Origin: Phycisphaerales bacterium
GTDB lineage: Bacteria > Planctomycetota > Phycisphaerae > Phycisphaerales > UBA1924
Reading direction: 5' to 3'
Assembly: GCA_965227775.1 (NCBI GenBank)
Contig: OZ245777.1
Span: 128,001-192,000 of the forward strand
Length of the DNA stretch: 64,000 nucleotides
A program made the position numbers and the translations under genes. This document shows, one piece after another, positions 1 through 10,349 of the stretch. How positions within the stretch are numbered: position 1 is the first letter of the stretch; every line of letters begins with the position of its first letter. Below the pieces are notes generated by a model. The model did no database searches, was not told where the DNA came from, and was given only the letters and a program-made list of their open reading frames with translations.

Positions 1-167
1 TGAGCTACGACATCGACACCAAGGCGATCTCGCTGTTTGCGAAGGTCATGTCGCCGATCATGGGCATCATGATGAAGGGCACGATGCGGAAGATGATGGA
101 GAAGGACATGGCGGACATCAAGGCGTACGTCGAAGCGGGTCAGGGAGACGCCGCGCCGTCCGCATAA
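1..167 (+). CDS. 3' end of a probable SRPBCC/polyketide-cyclase-like protein (partial)
   Basis: Frame from nt 3 reads SYDIDTKAISLFAKVMSPIMGIMMKGTMRKMMEKDMADIKAYVE...*, resembling the C-terminal helix of SRPBCC proteins; stop TAA 165-167. Confidence 0.55.
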   Translation, partial: SYDIDTKAISLFAKVMSPIMGIMMKGTMRKMMEKDMADIKAYVEAGQGDAAPSA

Positions 168-283
168 TCGTCTTTCGGGCGATGTTCAGCGCGTTGCTTC
201 GGCGGCCGCATCGTCACTAGCCTTGGGTCGTTCAGAACGCTGCCTGGTCGGCATGCGGTTAACAGGAAAGGGAGAATCACACC

Positions 284-1714
284 ATGCCTCCGACTCGCAC
301 GACGCTTCGCATGAAGGCCCTGACGCCCGCGATCGCACTGTTGGCGATCGCGGGGAGCGCGCTGGCGCAGGACGATGGGGCGCAGGAAGCCGCTGCTGTC
401 GATCTCGATGCGCTCGTCGAGGCGTACTTCGAGACGTGGGACGAGATGCGTGAGACGGGCAACCCGACCTACGAAGAGTGGATCGCGTTGCACGACAAGA
501 CGCTGTCGAAGGTCGATCTGGAGACGATGGACAGCGACGGGCTCGCGACGCTGTTTGCGGCGGGGCTCTTCAACGGCGATGAGGTGCGCGAGACCGTGAC
601 GTCGCGGGTCGCCGAGATGCTTGGAGAGGTCGAGGCCGACTCGGTGGACGAAGTGCGGCTATTGACGCTGGATCTATTCCTGCGGGGCATGGCGACGCGC
701 ACGAACCGCCCGACGCCGCAAGCGCAGAGCGAATTGCTCGGCGCGGTGCTCGACCACCCGAAGCTGCATGAGGCCGTGAAGCAGGGGCGTGTGTCGAGCA
801 TCGGCCGTGCGATCATCGCCACCGCTCCCCAGAACATGCAGGCGCACAAGGACGGCATCGTCGCGCTCGGTGTGATGCTTGCCGACGCGTCGCCCGACAT
901 GGGGCTCGACGGTGCGATCTACTGGTCGGCCATGGACCGGATTCCGGAACTCGACGAACAGCAGCGCGAGGCCATCCGCGTGGGGCTCGTGCAGTCGCTT
1001 CGGCGCAGCGTCGAAGCAACCGACAAGAACGGCGAGCCCGTGCTTGGCGAGACGCTCGCGTATGTGCGCAACACGCTTGGTCGCATGGACGGAGCGGCCA
1101 TCCGGGGTGAGCTTATCGATCATCCGGTGCCCGAGATGACCATCACGTGGTCGAGCGATGAGTCGCTGGCGACGTTTGAGGACCTGCAGGGCCAGGTGGT
1201 CCTCGTCGACTTTTGGGCGACGTGGTGCGGGCCTTGCATCGCCAGCTTTCCCAAGCTGCGCGAGCTGCTGGACTACTACGAGGGCAAGCCGGTGACCATC
1301 CTGGGCGTGACGAGCCTGCAAGGCGCCGTGTATGGGCTGCCCGACCAGGACGGGCCGGTCGACTGCGAGGACGACCCGCAGACCGAGCACAGCCTGATGC
1401 CCGCCGTGATGGAAACGCACAACATGACGTGGCCCGTCGTCTTCACCGAGCAGGACGTGTTCAACCCGGACTTCAACGTCAGCGGCATTCCGCACCTCGC
1501 GGTCGTCGACGCAACCGGCACCGTGCGGCACAACGACCTGAGCCCGACGCTGTCGGTGGAGCAATTGGTCGAGATCATCGACCCACTGCTGGTCGCAATG
1601 GGTGTTGAGCCGCCCATGCCCGAGAACGCGGGGCCGAGCGCGAACGAAAACCAGGCGCCCGCCCAGAACAGGCCCGCTCAGGACACGCAGGGCGAGAACA
1701 AGCAGGGCGGCTGA
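284..1714 (+). CDS. Secreted TlpA/ResA-like thiol-disulfide oxidoreductase with long N-terminal helical extension
   Basis: Signal peptide (ALLAIAGSALA); VVLVDFWATWCGPC thioredoxin motif; GIP cis-Pro motif; GGAG SD upstream. Confidence 0.85.
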   Translation: MPPTRTTLRMKALTPAIALLAIAGSALAQDDGAQEAAAVDLDALVEAYFETWDEMRETGNPTYEEWIALHDKTLSKVDLETMDSDGLATLFAAGLFNGDEVRETVTSRVAEMLGEVEADSVDEVRLLTLDLFLRGMATRTNRPTPQAQSELLGAVLDHPKLHEAVKQGRVSSIGRAIIATAPQNMQAHKDGIVALGVMLADASPDMGLDGAIYWSAMDRIPELDEQQREAIRVGLVQSLRRSVEATDKNGEPVLGETLAYVRNTLGRMDGAAIRGELIDHPVPEMTITWSSDESLATFEDLQGQVVLVDFWATWCGPCIASFPKLRELLDYYEGKPVTILGVTSLQGAVYGLPDQDGPVDCEDDPQTEHSLMPAVMETHNMTWPVVFTEQDVFNPDFNVSGIPHLAVVDATGTVRHNDLSPTLSVEQLVEIIDPLLVAMGVEPPMPENAGPSANENQAPAQNRPAQDTQGENKQGG

Positions 1715-1725
1715 GCGTGCTGCCG

Positions 1726-3219
1726 CTACAGCAGCGGCGAGACGATCTTGGCGGTGTCGTCGGCCAGCTTCTGGATCCAGGGGCGGTCGGCCAGTTCCTG
1801 CTTGCCCATGGGGCGGCAGTCTTCGAGGTACTGCTCGAGCCGCGATCTCAGAGGCAGGGTGACGTCCTTGCCGTGTGCGAGCAAATTGAGCTCGTAGTTG
1901 AGGCGGAAGCTGCGGCGGTCGAAGTTGCCCGAGCCGAAAACGCTGATCGCGTCATCGACGGTCAATGCTTTGACGTGCAAGAGCCCCTTCTGATGCAGGT
2001 GGACGTTGGCACCGGCTTCGAGCAGTTCCTCCAGCACGCTCTTGGCTGCGGCGCTAACGAGGAATGAGTTGGTCTTCTCGGGGATGATGATGTCGACCTT
2101 GACGCCCGCCACGGCGCGCAGTCGCAATGCCAGCTGGGTGGGTGGATCCGGGATGAGGTAGGGCGTGACCATGACGATGCGCTCGTTGGCCTCGTTGATC
2201 GCGCTGAGGATGACATCGCGGAAGGCTTCCTCCCGCCGTCCTGGGCCGCTCGGCAGGGCCTGGGCGACGATTGGGCCCGTGTGCTCGGGCTGCGGAAACA
2301 GATCGGCGTCTGGCTCGGGCATGACACCGGTTTCGGCAACCCAGTCCTCGAGGAAGAGCAGTTGCATCTGTATGGCGAGCGGCCCGGTGACGCGGGCGGT
2401 CAGGTCGATCCACGGGCCATACTTGCGGTTGCCATAGTCGAGATCGCAGATGTTCTGGCTCCCGGTGTAGGCGATCCGGCCATCGATGATGGTGAGCTTG
2501 CGATGGTTGCGTACGTCGATTCGCGCGAGCGTGCGGCGGAAGTAGCGGCTGGGCAGCGCGTCGCGGACGAACACGCCCTGCTCGCGGAGCTCGCGGCCGA
2601 GCGTCACGAAGAAGTCAGCCGATCCCGAGCCATCGGCGAGCACACGGCAGACGACGCCACGCTTGGCCGCACGCACGAGTGCGTCGCCGACCTTGCGTCC
2701 GTTCGCATCATTGCGGAAGATGTAGGTCAGCAAATGGACGTGGTTCTCGGCGGCGTCGATGGCCTCGACGAGGTGATCAATGAAGTGGCCGCTGTCGATG
2801 ATCTGGCCGTTGTTGCCCATCAGCGGCCTGTAGCCCCCCACCATGGTTGCCAGGCGGAACAGGTCTCTGTATCCGGCATCGATGGCGTCGATGGGCGCGG
2901 CGTGGGCTTCGACGGCGTTCACGCGCTCGGCGGTCTCGACCAATTGCGCGGCGCGCTGGTTGGCCTGCACGCGGCGACGCCCGAGCAGCTGGCGGCCGAA
3001 GGCGGCGTACAGCACGGCCCCGGGGATGGGCTGGAAGAGCGTGAGCGCGAGCCAAGCCATGGCCTCGCCGGCCGAGTGCTTGCGGATGATGATGGGCGCG
3101 AGCACGAGCCTGACGAGCCACTCGAACAGCAGATACGACAACGGCAGCCATGCGGCCGCGGAGCCATCACCGTCGGCTTGGGCCAGCGTCACGATCAGTG
3201 CCGGAGGGATGTCATGCAT
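1726..3219 (-). CDS. cls: Cardiolipin synthase (phospholipase D family)
   Basis: Two N-terminal TM helices; HKD motifs RNHRKLTIID and LHVKALTVDD; GSGNFDRRSFRLNYE; start placed at ATG 3219. Confidence 0.9.
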   Translation of the reverse strand: MHDIPPALIVTLAQADGDGSAAAWLPLSYLLFEWLVRLVLAPIIIRKHSAGEAMAWLALTLFQPIPGAVLYAAFGRQLLGRRRVQANQRAAQLVETAERVNAVEAHAAPIDAIDAGYRDLFRLATMVGGYRPLMGNNGQIIDSGHFIDHLVEAIDAAENHVHLLTYIFRNDANGRKVGDALVRAAKRGVVCRVLADGSGSADFFVTLGRELREQGVFVRDALPSRYFRRTLARIDVRNHRKLTIIDGRIAYTGSQNICDLDYGNRKYGPWIDLTARVTGPLAIQMQLLFLEDWVAETGVMPEPDADLFPQPEHTGPIVAQALPSGPGRREEAFRDVILSAINEANERIVMVTPYLIPDPPTQLALRLRAVAGVKVDIIIPEKTNSFLVSAAAKSVLEELLEAGANVHLHQKGLLHVKALTVDDAISVFGSGNFDRRSFRLNYELNLLAHGKDVTLPLRSRLEQYLEDCRPMGKQELADRPWIQKLADDTAKIVSPLL

Positions 3220-3272
3220 GGCGGATTGTTGCCTGCATGCGGGTCGTACCATCGAACGACAGGAGCCATGCC

Positions 3273-4247
3273 TTGCTGCACGCCCCGGGCCGCCCAACGA
3301 ATCCGCAGTCGCTCGAGGAGGCCCTGGGCCCGGAGTTGCTCGAGACGCTCGGGCGCATGCGGCTGCGCAGCCGGAAGATCTTCGCGGGCAAGCTGCCCGG
3401 CGAGCGACGCAGCAAGAAGCGCGGTCAGAGCGTCGAGTTCGATGACTTTCGCGAGTACGTCCGCGGCGACGACCTGCGGCACCTCGACTGGAACCTGTAC
3501 GCCCGGCTCGAGAAGCTCTTCCTCAAGCTGTTTCTGGAGGAAGAAGACCTGGCGCTGCATGTGGCGATCGACTGCTCACGGTCGATGGAAGCCGGCCGGC
3601 CACCGAAGCTGGAGCTGGCCCGGCGGCTGGCGGTGGCGGTTGCCTACGTCGGCCTGAGCAACCAGGACCGGGTGAGCGTGTGGGCGCTGGGCGTGCCGGG
3701 GCGGCCCGACGTGCTGCGGATGCCGCCGGTGCGCGGGCGATCGGGGGCCGGCCGATTGCTGGAGTTCGTGTACCGCCAGGCGGTCGCCGAGCCCGGTGGT
3801 ACGACGCCGAACCGGCCGGAGCTCGTGCCGGCGCTGCTGCGTCTTGCGCGGGCGCGCGTGGGCAAGGGCGTGCTCGTCGTGCTCAGCGACTTCCTAACCG
3901 AGGAGGACCTGACACCCGCGCTCAACGCGATGGCTTTCTCCCAAGGCGGCGGGTTCGACACCATCCTGGTGCAGGTGCTGGCACCGGGCGAGATCGACCC
4001 CGCATCGGAGGCCGATGCCGGCCTGCTCGGCGACGTGATGCTGACCGATGTGGAGAGCGGGCGGACGGCCGAAGTCACGGTGACGCCGTCGCTCATCGCT
4101 GGCTATCGCAAACGCCTGGAAGCCCACAACGATCGGCTGGCTCGGCTGGCGAGCGCCCGCGGCATCGGATACGTCCTGCTGCCGAGTGATGTGCCAGCGA
4201 AGGACGTGCTTACCGGATCTCTGCGGCGGCACGGGGTGCTGGCGTGA
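3273..4247 (+). CDS. DUF58 family protein (MoxR-associated, vWA-like)
   Basis: GQSVEFDDFREYVRGDDLRHLDWNLYAR, DCSRSM, VLSDFL motifs; start uncertain (TTG 3273 downstream of AGGAG). Confidence 0.88.
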   Translation: MLHAPGRPTNPQSLEEALGPELLETLGRMRLRSRKIFAGKLPGERRSKKRGQSVEFDDFREYVRGDDLRHLDWNLYARLEKLFLKLFLEEEDLALHVAIDCSRSMEAGRPPKLELARRLAVAVAYVGLSNQDRVSVWALGVPGRPDVLRMPPVRGRSGAGRLLEFVYRQAVAEPGGTTPNRPELVPALLRLARARVGKGVLVVLSDFLTEEDLTPALNAMAFSQGGGFDTILVQVLAPGEIDPASEADAGLLGDVMLTDVESGRTAEVTVTPSLIAGYRKRLEAHNDRLARLASARGIGYVLLPSDVPAKDVLTGSLRRHGVLA

Positions 4248-4428
4248 GGCCCTGAGGGCCCGGGAACGGCGTCGACAGATTTTTTCTGAGAATTGAGCGA
4301 AGTCGCGTGAGCCCCAGGGAGGCGTCTCGCTTGCGGTGTATCAACACATCGCCGGATGGCTCGTTCCCGCCAGTGTGCGGCGTCCGACATCCGGGAGGAA
4401 TGCACCCAAGTTCGTTAGGAGACTCACC

Positions 4429-5529
4429 GTGATTCGCAACTTCAGCACCGTTCTCGCCGCCTCGGTCACCGTTCTTGCCTCCGCCACCGCGCAGGCCCAG
4501 GTCATGAGCAGCGGGCTGGGCACCAGCGCCCCGCCGCCGTTCCTGCATGACTACGCCATGCAAGATGGCTGGGACCTTCGCGCTACGTTCACCGACGTCG
4601 ACTCGGCCTACGTTGGCGGCTTCCGCACCGTGGAATTCTCTGACACCATGAGCCTGCGTCGCATCGGCGATGGCTGGGCGACGTGGAGCCATGGGTATAC
4701 CGGCGAGGTGTATTACACCGACGACGACAGCCTGCGCCTGGACTTCGACGACGGCGAGGTTGGCGCGTTCATCCTGTACGTCGAGCCCAATGCGTTCGGC
4801 GACTTCCGATTCGAGGTTCGCGGCTTCGACTCGTCGGGCCGATTCTCGAACTTCTCCACCGATGTTGAGGGCTTCGAAGGGGCCCAGGGCTTCGGCTTCA
4901 GCGCCCCGGCGGGCGGCCACATCACCCAGGTTCGTGTCGTCAACGTCGATGGTGACGCGGGCGGCTTCGCGGTTGGCGAGTTCTCGTCGGCAGCCGTGGC
5001 GACCGAGTGCCTCCCCTGGCGTCCGTTCAGCTTCGGCGATGTGGGCGACATCTACTTCGACACGATCAACGTGGGCACCAAGTGTGGCTTGCTGCAGGTG
5101 ACCGATGCGTTCAACTCTGGTGATCGGTTCAGCGTCCGCGTGTTCCGCGGGGCCTCGCAGGTGGCCGCGTTCAACACCAGTACGCCGCGTGACGGCCACT
5201 ACACCACCGACTACGACGACGCGTACGCCAGCCGGAACTTCTCGAGCGGCGCTGCGGTGCTCGATCCGGGCATCTACCGGGTGCAGGTTACCGTGCTCGA
5301 GTCGCCCTTCGGCTCGGGCGGTGCGGCTCTGAAGCTGGGCGATCGCCCCTGCAGCTACGGGACGTGCGTGGCCGACTTTGATGGCGATGGCTCCCTGACC
5401 ATCTTCGACTTCCTGGCGTACCAGAACGCCTTCGACGCCGGCGACTTCTGTGCCGACCTCGACGGCGATACCCGCCTGACGATCTTCGACTTCCTGGCCT
5501 TCCAGAACGAGTTCGCCTCGGGCTGCTAA
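4429..5529 (+). CDS. Secreted protein with C-terminal GC-type dockerin anchor
   Basis: GTG start after AGGAG; signal peptide ...ATAQA; C-terminal CVADFDGDGSLTIFDFLAYQNAF...DLDGDTRLTIFDFLAFQNEFASGC. Confidence 0.85.
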   Translation: MIRNFSTVLAASVTVLASATAQAQVMSSGLGTSAPPPFLHDYAMQDGWDLRATFTDVDSAYVGGFRTVEFSDTMSLRRIGDGWATWSHGYTGEVYYTDDDSLRLDFDDGEVGAFILYVEPNAFGDFRFEVRGFDSSGRFSNFSTDVEGFEGAQGFGFSAPAGGHITQVRVVNVDGDAGGFAVGEFSSAAVATECLPWRPFSFGDVGDIYFDTINVGTKCGLLQVTDAFNSGDRFSVRVFRGASQVAAFNTSTPRDGHYTTDYDDAYASRNFSSGAAVLDPGIYRVQVTVLESPFGSGGAALKLGDRPCSYGTCVADFDGDGSLTIFDFLAYQNAFDAGDFCADLDGDTRLTIFDFLAFQNEFASGC

Positions 5530-5558
5530 GACCACGATTCGAGCGTTCATTCACCCCG

Positions 5559-5590
5559 AGCCGCGGCCTGCTGATGGCCGCGGCTTTTTG
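5559..5590 (+). terminator. Rho-independent terminator
   Basis: AGCCGCGGCC-7nt-GGCCGCGGCT stem followed by T run, downstream of the dockerin gene. Confidence 0.75.
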
Positions 5591-5599
5591 CGCGCGGCG

Positions 5600-6817
5600 C
5601 TAGAAGTGATCGAACATGCACGGGGCGGCGGTGCTCGCGAACGCGGCATCGAGATCTGCGATGGCCGGCGCTGGCCCCTCGATGAGGCCCACACTGGCAA
5701 GCTGCCGGGCGCTCTGCAAGCCCGTGTACAGCGGCGCGAGATGGCGCACGTCGAGGCGGATGGCGTCTCTGGACGCCGAAGATGCCGGGCCCGTCTCTGC
5801 CCGGCCGTCGCGGATCCGTACACGGATCGGCGTGTTGTTCGCTTCGATGAGCTCGTCGCGCACCTGCAGGGTGAATTCGCATGAAAGGGCGGGCGCGTAC
5901 CCGCGTGCCGCAAGGGCGCCCGCGACGTCGACGGTCCGCAGCATCCATGGGTCGCGCATCTCGAGCGTGAAGCGGCGATCGGGCATGCGCTGGATCAGGG
6001 GCGAGCCAGGGTGGTCGGTGAACTCGATTTCCCCCACCACCGACGAGAAGCCGCGCAGGAATCCGAGCAGGCGATCGAGGCCCCGCGCGGTCGAGTAGCC
6101 ATGATCGACGAGGTGCATGGCGTTGCCACGAGCATTGCCGGCAACATGGCCGTCGTGGCGCGGCTCGACGCGATAGATGCAGTAGGCCTCGATCTCGCCC
6201 GAGTCGGACTCGGCAACGAACGCCTGAGCGGGCCCGGTCTTGGGGTTCCGCACACGGTGCCACACGTACGGGCCGCGGTCAAGGGCGGCGGGCACATGCC
6301 GCGCGCGATCGTTGGCGCAGGCCTCGACGGCGGCCGCATCGTCGTTGGTCATCTCGCGCCAATCGGCGCCCCGGTCGGTGGATGCGAGCATGCCCGCGGC
6401 GACGCGGACGGTGTAGATGTGCCCCGCGTAGTCGAAACCCACGCTGCGGTAGAGCGGCTCCATGGCCGAATAGAGCGTGGACACGTGCTCGCCGCGCTCG
6501 TGCATCTCCAGCAGGCAGCGGCGCATGATGTCTCGGGCGAGGCCGCGGCCGCGCGCTTGTGGGCCGACGGCGACGCCCGCGATGCCCACGTGGGGCACAC
6601 TGGCACCCCCGAGCCACATGCCCATGGGGATGCGCATCGAAGTCGCGAGTACCACGTCGTCTTCGCGGAGCACACGCGTCTCGGAGAGCGTGACGCGGTC
6701 GCGCATCCACTCGACCGATTGCTCGGGCAGCACGCTGAAGGCCCGAGAGAGGACGAGGCTGGCTCCGTGCAGATCGGTCTCGTCGGCTGGGCCGAAGCTT
6801 GGCGGCGGCGGGGCCAT
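5600..6817 (-). CDS. Eis-family tandem GNAT acetyltransferase with C-terminal SCP2-like domain
   Basis: GIAGVAVGPQARGRGLA acetyl-CoA motif, STLYS, LYRSVGF, WMLRTVDV, LAPLYTG, acidic/aromatic C-terminal end (FDHF). Confidence 0.85.
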   Translation of the reverse strand: MAPPPPSFGPADETDLHGASLVLSRAFSVLPEQSVEWMRDRVTLSETRVLREDDVVLATSMRIPMGMWLGGASVPHVGIAGVAVGPQARGRGLARDIMRRCLLEMHERGEHVSTLYSAMEPLYRSVGFDYAGHIYTVRVAAGMLASTDRGADWREMTNDDAAAVEACANDRARHVPAALDRGPYVWHRVRNPKTGPAQAFVAESDSGEIEAYCIYRVEPRHDGHVAGNARGNAMHLVDHGYSTARGLDRLLGFLRGFSSVVGEIEFTDHPGSPLIQRMPDRRFTLEMRDPWMLRTVDVAGALAARGYAPALSCEFTLQVRDELIEANNTPIRVRIRDGRAETGPASSASRDAIRLDVRHLAPLYTGLQSARQLASVGLIEGPAPAIADLDAAFASTAAPCMFDHF

Positions 6818-6861
6818 GGCACGATCTCCGCTTGGATCGACTGGAACGAGGCTGGCGTTTC

Positions 6862-7386
6862 TCAGTCGTCGCCGGACAGCGCGTCGATGTAGCGAAGCTC
6901 GCGATCATCCGGCGGCCGAGTGCAACGCTCGACGGTAGCGCGGAACTTGGCCTCGGTCGGGAAGATCAGGCCGATGCCGATGACCGCGAGCAGGGGAGAG
7001 GCAAGGAACAGCAATTGTCCGGTGACCAGCGCACAGACGGCGCCGAGCAGGCCGAAGCCCTCGATGGCGGCCATCTGGATGAGCGTGCCGCGGACGTAGG
7101 CCTCTTCGAACGTGGTGACGGCGCCTCCATCCGGCCCCGGGCGAACGCCCCCGTACTCGCCCCGCAACCAGGCGGTGCGTGCCTGCTGGAGCATGCTTGC
7201 CTTCACGGCGATGCCCAAGAGCACGCATACTGGGATCGCTAACGCCGCAGCGCCGGCGAGCGGCGCGAGCAACGCCGGCGCAGCGGGCGCGGTGCGCGCA
7301 TACGCGACCGCGCCCATCGTGGCGGTCATGACGAGGATGCCCGCGACGAGCGCAGCGCCGATGACCTGGATCGTGCGCAGGTTCAT
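6862..7386 (-). CDS. Hypothetical integral membrane protein
   Basis: About four hydrophobic segments; ATG 7386 overlaps the TGA of the upstream gene (ATGA coupling). Confidence 0.7.
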   Translation of the reverse strand: MNLRTIQVIGAALVAGILVMTATMGAVAYARTAPAAPALLAPLAGAAALAIPVCVLLGIAVKASMLQQARTAWLRGEYGGVRPGPDGGAVTTFEEAYVRGTLIQMAAIEGFGLLGAVCALVTGQLLFLASPLLAVIGIGLIFPTEAKFRATVERCTRPPDDRELRYIDALSGDD

Positions 7387-7937
7387 CCGGCGTTGCCGGG
7401 ATCGATAAACGAGTGATGCAGCGCCATGTGCTTGCGTTGGAGTGTGAGCCACTCTTCATGCGTGAGCGAGCCAAGCAACGGGCTGGGCCGGGTGAACTTC
7501 TCGCCGGCCTGGATGCGCGCGATCTGCTGGCGGAGGTACGCGAGGCCTTCGGCGTCGGTGATGCCCTCGCGTGGCAGCAGTGCGGATGCTTGCTTCGGCA
7601 GCTTGAAGCCCGAGGGCAGCGGCTCTTCGGTCTCGGTTGCCTTCTTCTTCAGCATCATGCGGGCGATCCAGCGGACCGGCGGCGGGGCCTTGGAGGGGAA
7701 GCCGTCGTAAGCGAACTGCAGGAACTTGCCCGTGTGGTCGAAGATCTGGCCCGCGGTCCAGTTGCCCGTGGTTTGGAGCGTGCCGGCGGCCATCGCGGCC
7801 TCGATCTGGTCGAGGTCTGCCGAGACTTCATCGAAGTTGGCGAAGGCGAGATTACGCCGCTGGGCGGTCTTGGTATCGACAGGGGCACGGGTTTCGGCCG
7901 TTCCGGCGGCCGATGCGGTCTGGGCGGTCTGCGACAT
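7383..7937 (-). CDS. DUF1569 / DinB-like family protein
   Basis: GNWTAGQIFDH, SPLLGSLTHEEW, HMALHHSF motifs; start MSQT after GGAG. Confidence 0.8.
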   Translation of the reverse strand: MSQTAQTASAAGTAETRAPVDTKTAQRRNLAFANFDEVSADLDQIEAAMAAGTLQTTGNWTAGQIFDHTGKFLQFAYDGFPSKAPPPVRWIARMMLKKKATETEEPLPSGFKLPKQASALLPREGITDAEGLAYLRQQIARIQAGEKFTRPSPLLGSLTHEEWLTLQRKHMALHHSFIDPGNAG

Positions 7938-8127
7938 CGAGTCTCCTTTCGCTCCCCTAGTGCACGATAGTAGAACCCCCGTGGCCTCTTTCCGTGAAGG
8001 TGCAATGCGATTGCGGCACGTGCGTTGGTTCGTGCGGATCGTCGCCCGAAATGTGCCGATGGCGCATCCCAGTGAGTTGGATAGGGACCGCGGCGAGGCG
8101 TCCCTGCGCACTTCCGAGGGGGTTCAG

Positions 8128-9009
8128 ATGCCGCTCAATCACGGACGATTTACGACTCGCACGCCAACGTCGATCGCGATTGCCGCGTTCCTGGTGGCCG
8201 CGTGCCCGAGTCTGGCCATGCAGCAGGAGGCCGACGAGAAGCCGCTGCTTTCCGGACCCAGCGTGAACGATGACGCGGCGCTGACGCTGGTGAACCGAGA
8301 TTTTTCGGGCGAGTTCCAGCGGTTGGAGCGGCACCCGGCGGAGGCCGCGTACCGCCTCGTGCTCGAACACTACGAGATTGACGAAGCTTCGCGTGAATCG
8401 ATCGACACGATCCTGGCCGATCGGCGCAAGGTGCTCGACGAGTTGGTGATCGATCGGCTGGATGTGCTTATCAAGCTCGCCAACGGCGGGAACGAGCGTG
8501 ACCGGGCCGAGGCGATCGGTGTGCTCCGGCGCGCGATGGCGCCCGAGGCACGCAAGGGCGCACTGGGCGACCGCATTCGGGCGCACTTGCCCGCGGATGC
8601 GGCTGCCGAGCACCAGCGGCTGGAACGCGAGTACCAGGAGGCCGCGACGGAAGATCGCATCGAGTTGCTGCGAGCGGAGCGCGGCGGCATGGGCGAACGC
8701 GGCCTGCGGCTGCGGGCCCAGGCCATCGAGAACCTCGTGGGCCTCGGGGCCGAGGTGAAGTCTGCCTACGAGCGGACGATCGTGCAGCGGGGTGAGGAAC
8801 TCGACGAACTCATCGCGGCCCTCAAGCTGTCTCCCGAGCAGGAAGGCAAGGTCCGCCGTCTCGTGCAGGCCTATGGCGAGAAGACGCTGCTCGACAAGGA
8901 AGCCCGCGACGATCAGCAGGGCCGCCTGGCGCTCTTTCTGGAGATCGCTGCCGAATTGACGCCGCAGCAGCGGCGGATGCTGCTCGAGCGCGTCCGCGGC
9001 GAGGGCTGA
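8128..9009 (+). CDS. Hypothetical secreted alpha-helical protein
   Basis: Signal-like IAIAAFLVAACPSLA; LSGP motif; LSPEQ and LTPQQ motifs reminiscent of Spy/CpxP-type helices. Confidence 0.65.
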   Translation: MPLNHGRFTTRTPTSIAIAAFLVAACPSLAMQQEADEKPLLSGPSVNDDAALTLVNRDFSGEFQRLERHPAEAAYRLVLEHYEIDEASRESIDTILADRRKVLDELVIDRLDVLIKLANGGNERDRAEAIGVLRRAMAPEARKGALGDRIRAHLPADAAAEHQRLEREYQEAATEDRIELLRAERGGMGERGLRLRAQAIENLVGLGAEVKSAYERTIVQRGEELDELIAALKLSPEQEGKVRRLVQAYGEKTLLDKEARDDQQGRLALFLEIAAELTPQQRRMLLERVRGEG

Positions 9010-9010
9010 C

Positions 9011-10075
<1,065 letters not shown>

Positions 10076-10138
10076 GCGTGGTCCCTCCGTGGATGCTCGA
10101 TGCTACCAGGGTCGGTCAGGGCCTGCATTCTCATGAGC

Positions 10139-10184
10139 AAAAAGGACCGCCGGGCCTGGATCCTGCCCGATCCGAGGCCCGGCG
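10139..10184 (-). terminator. Rho-independent terminator (minus strand)
   Basis: CGCCGGGCCT...AGGCCCGGCG stem (10148-10184) with A5 on plus strand, read as a U-tract on minus. Confidence 0.6.
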
Positions 10185-10349
10185 TAGGGGAGTTCGTGAT
10201 CGGGGCTGGCTACCTGGGTTCGGGTCGTTCAACCCGGCCGGCCGGCCCCGTCGCGTGAGGTTCACTCCCGGGTTTGTTCCGCTTTGCGGGGCCCGGGTTG
10301 CAGGGCGGGCTAGAAAATTCCGGCTCGGCCCTGCGAGGACAATCGAGGC

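Noticed and set aside
3268..3275. ATG right after AGGAG is out of frame with DUF58, suggesting a frameshift
   Set aside because: An in-frame TTG at 3273 has better SD spacing and the ORF is uninterrupted.
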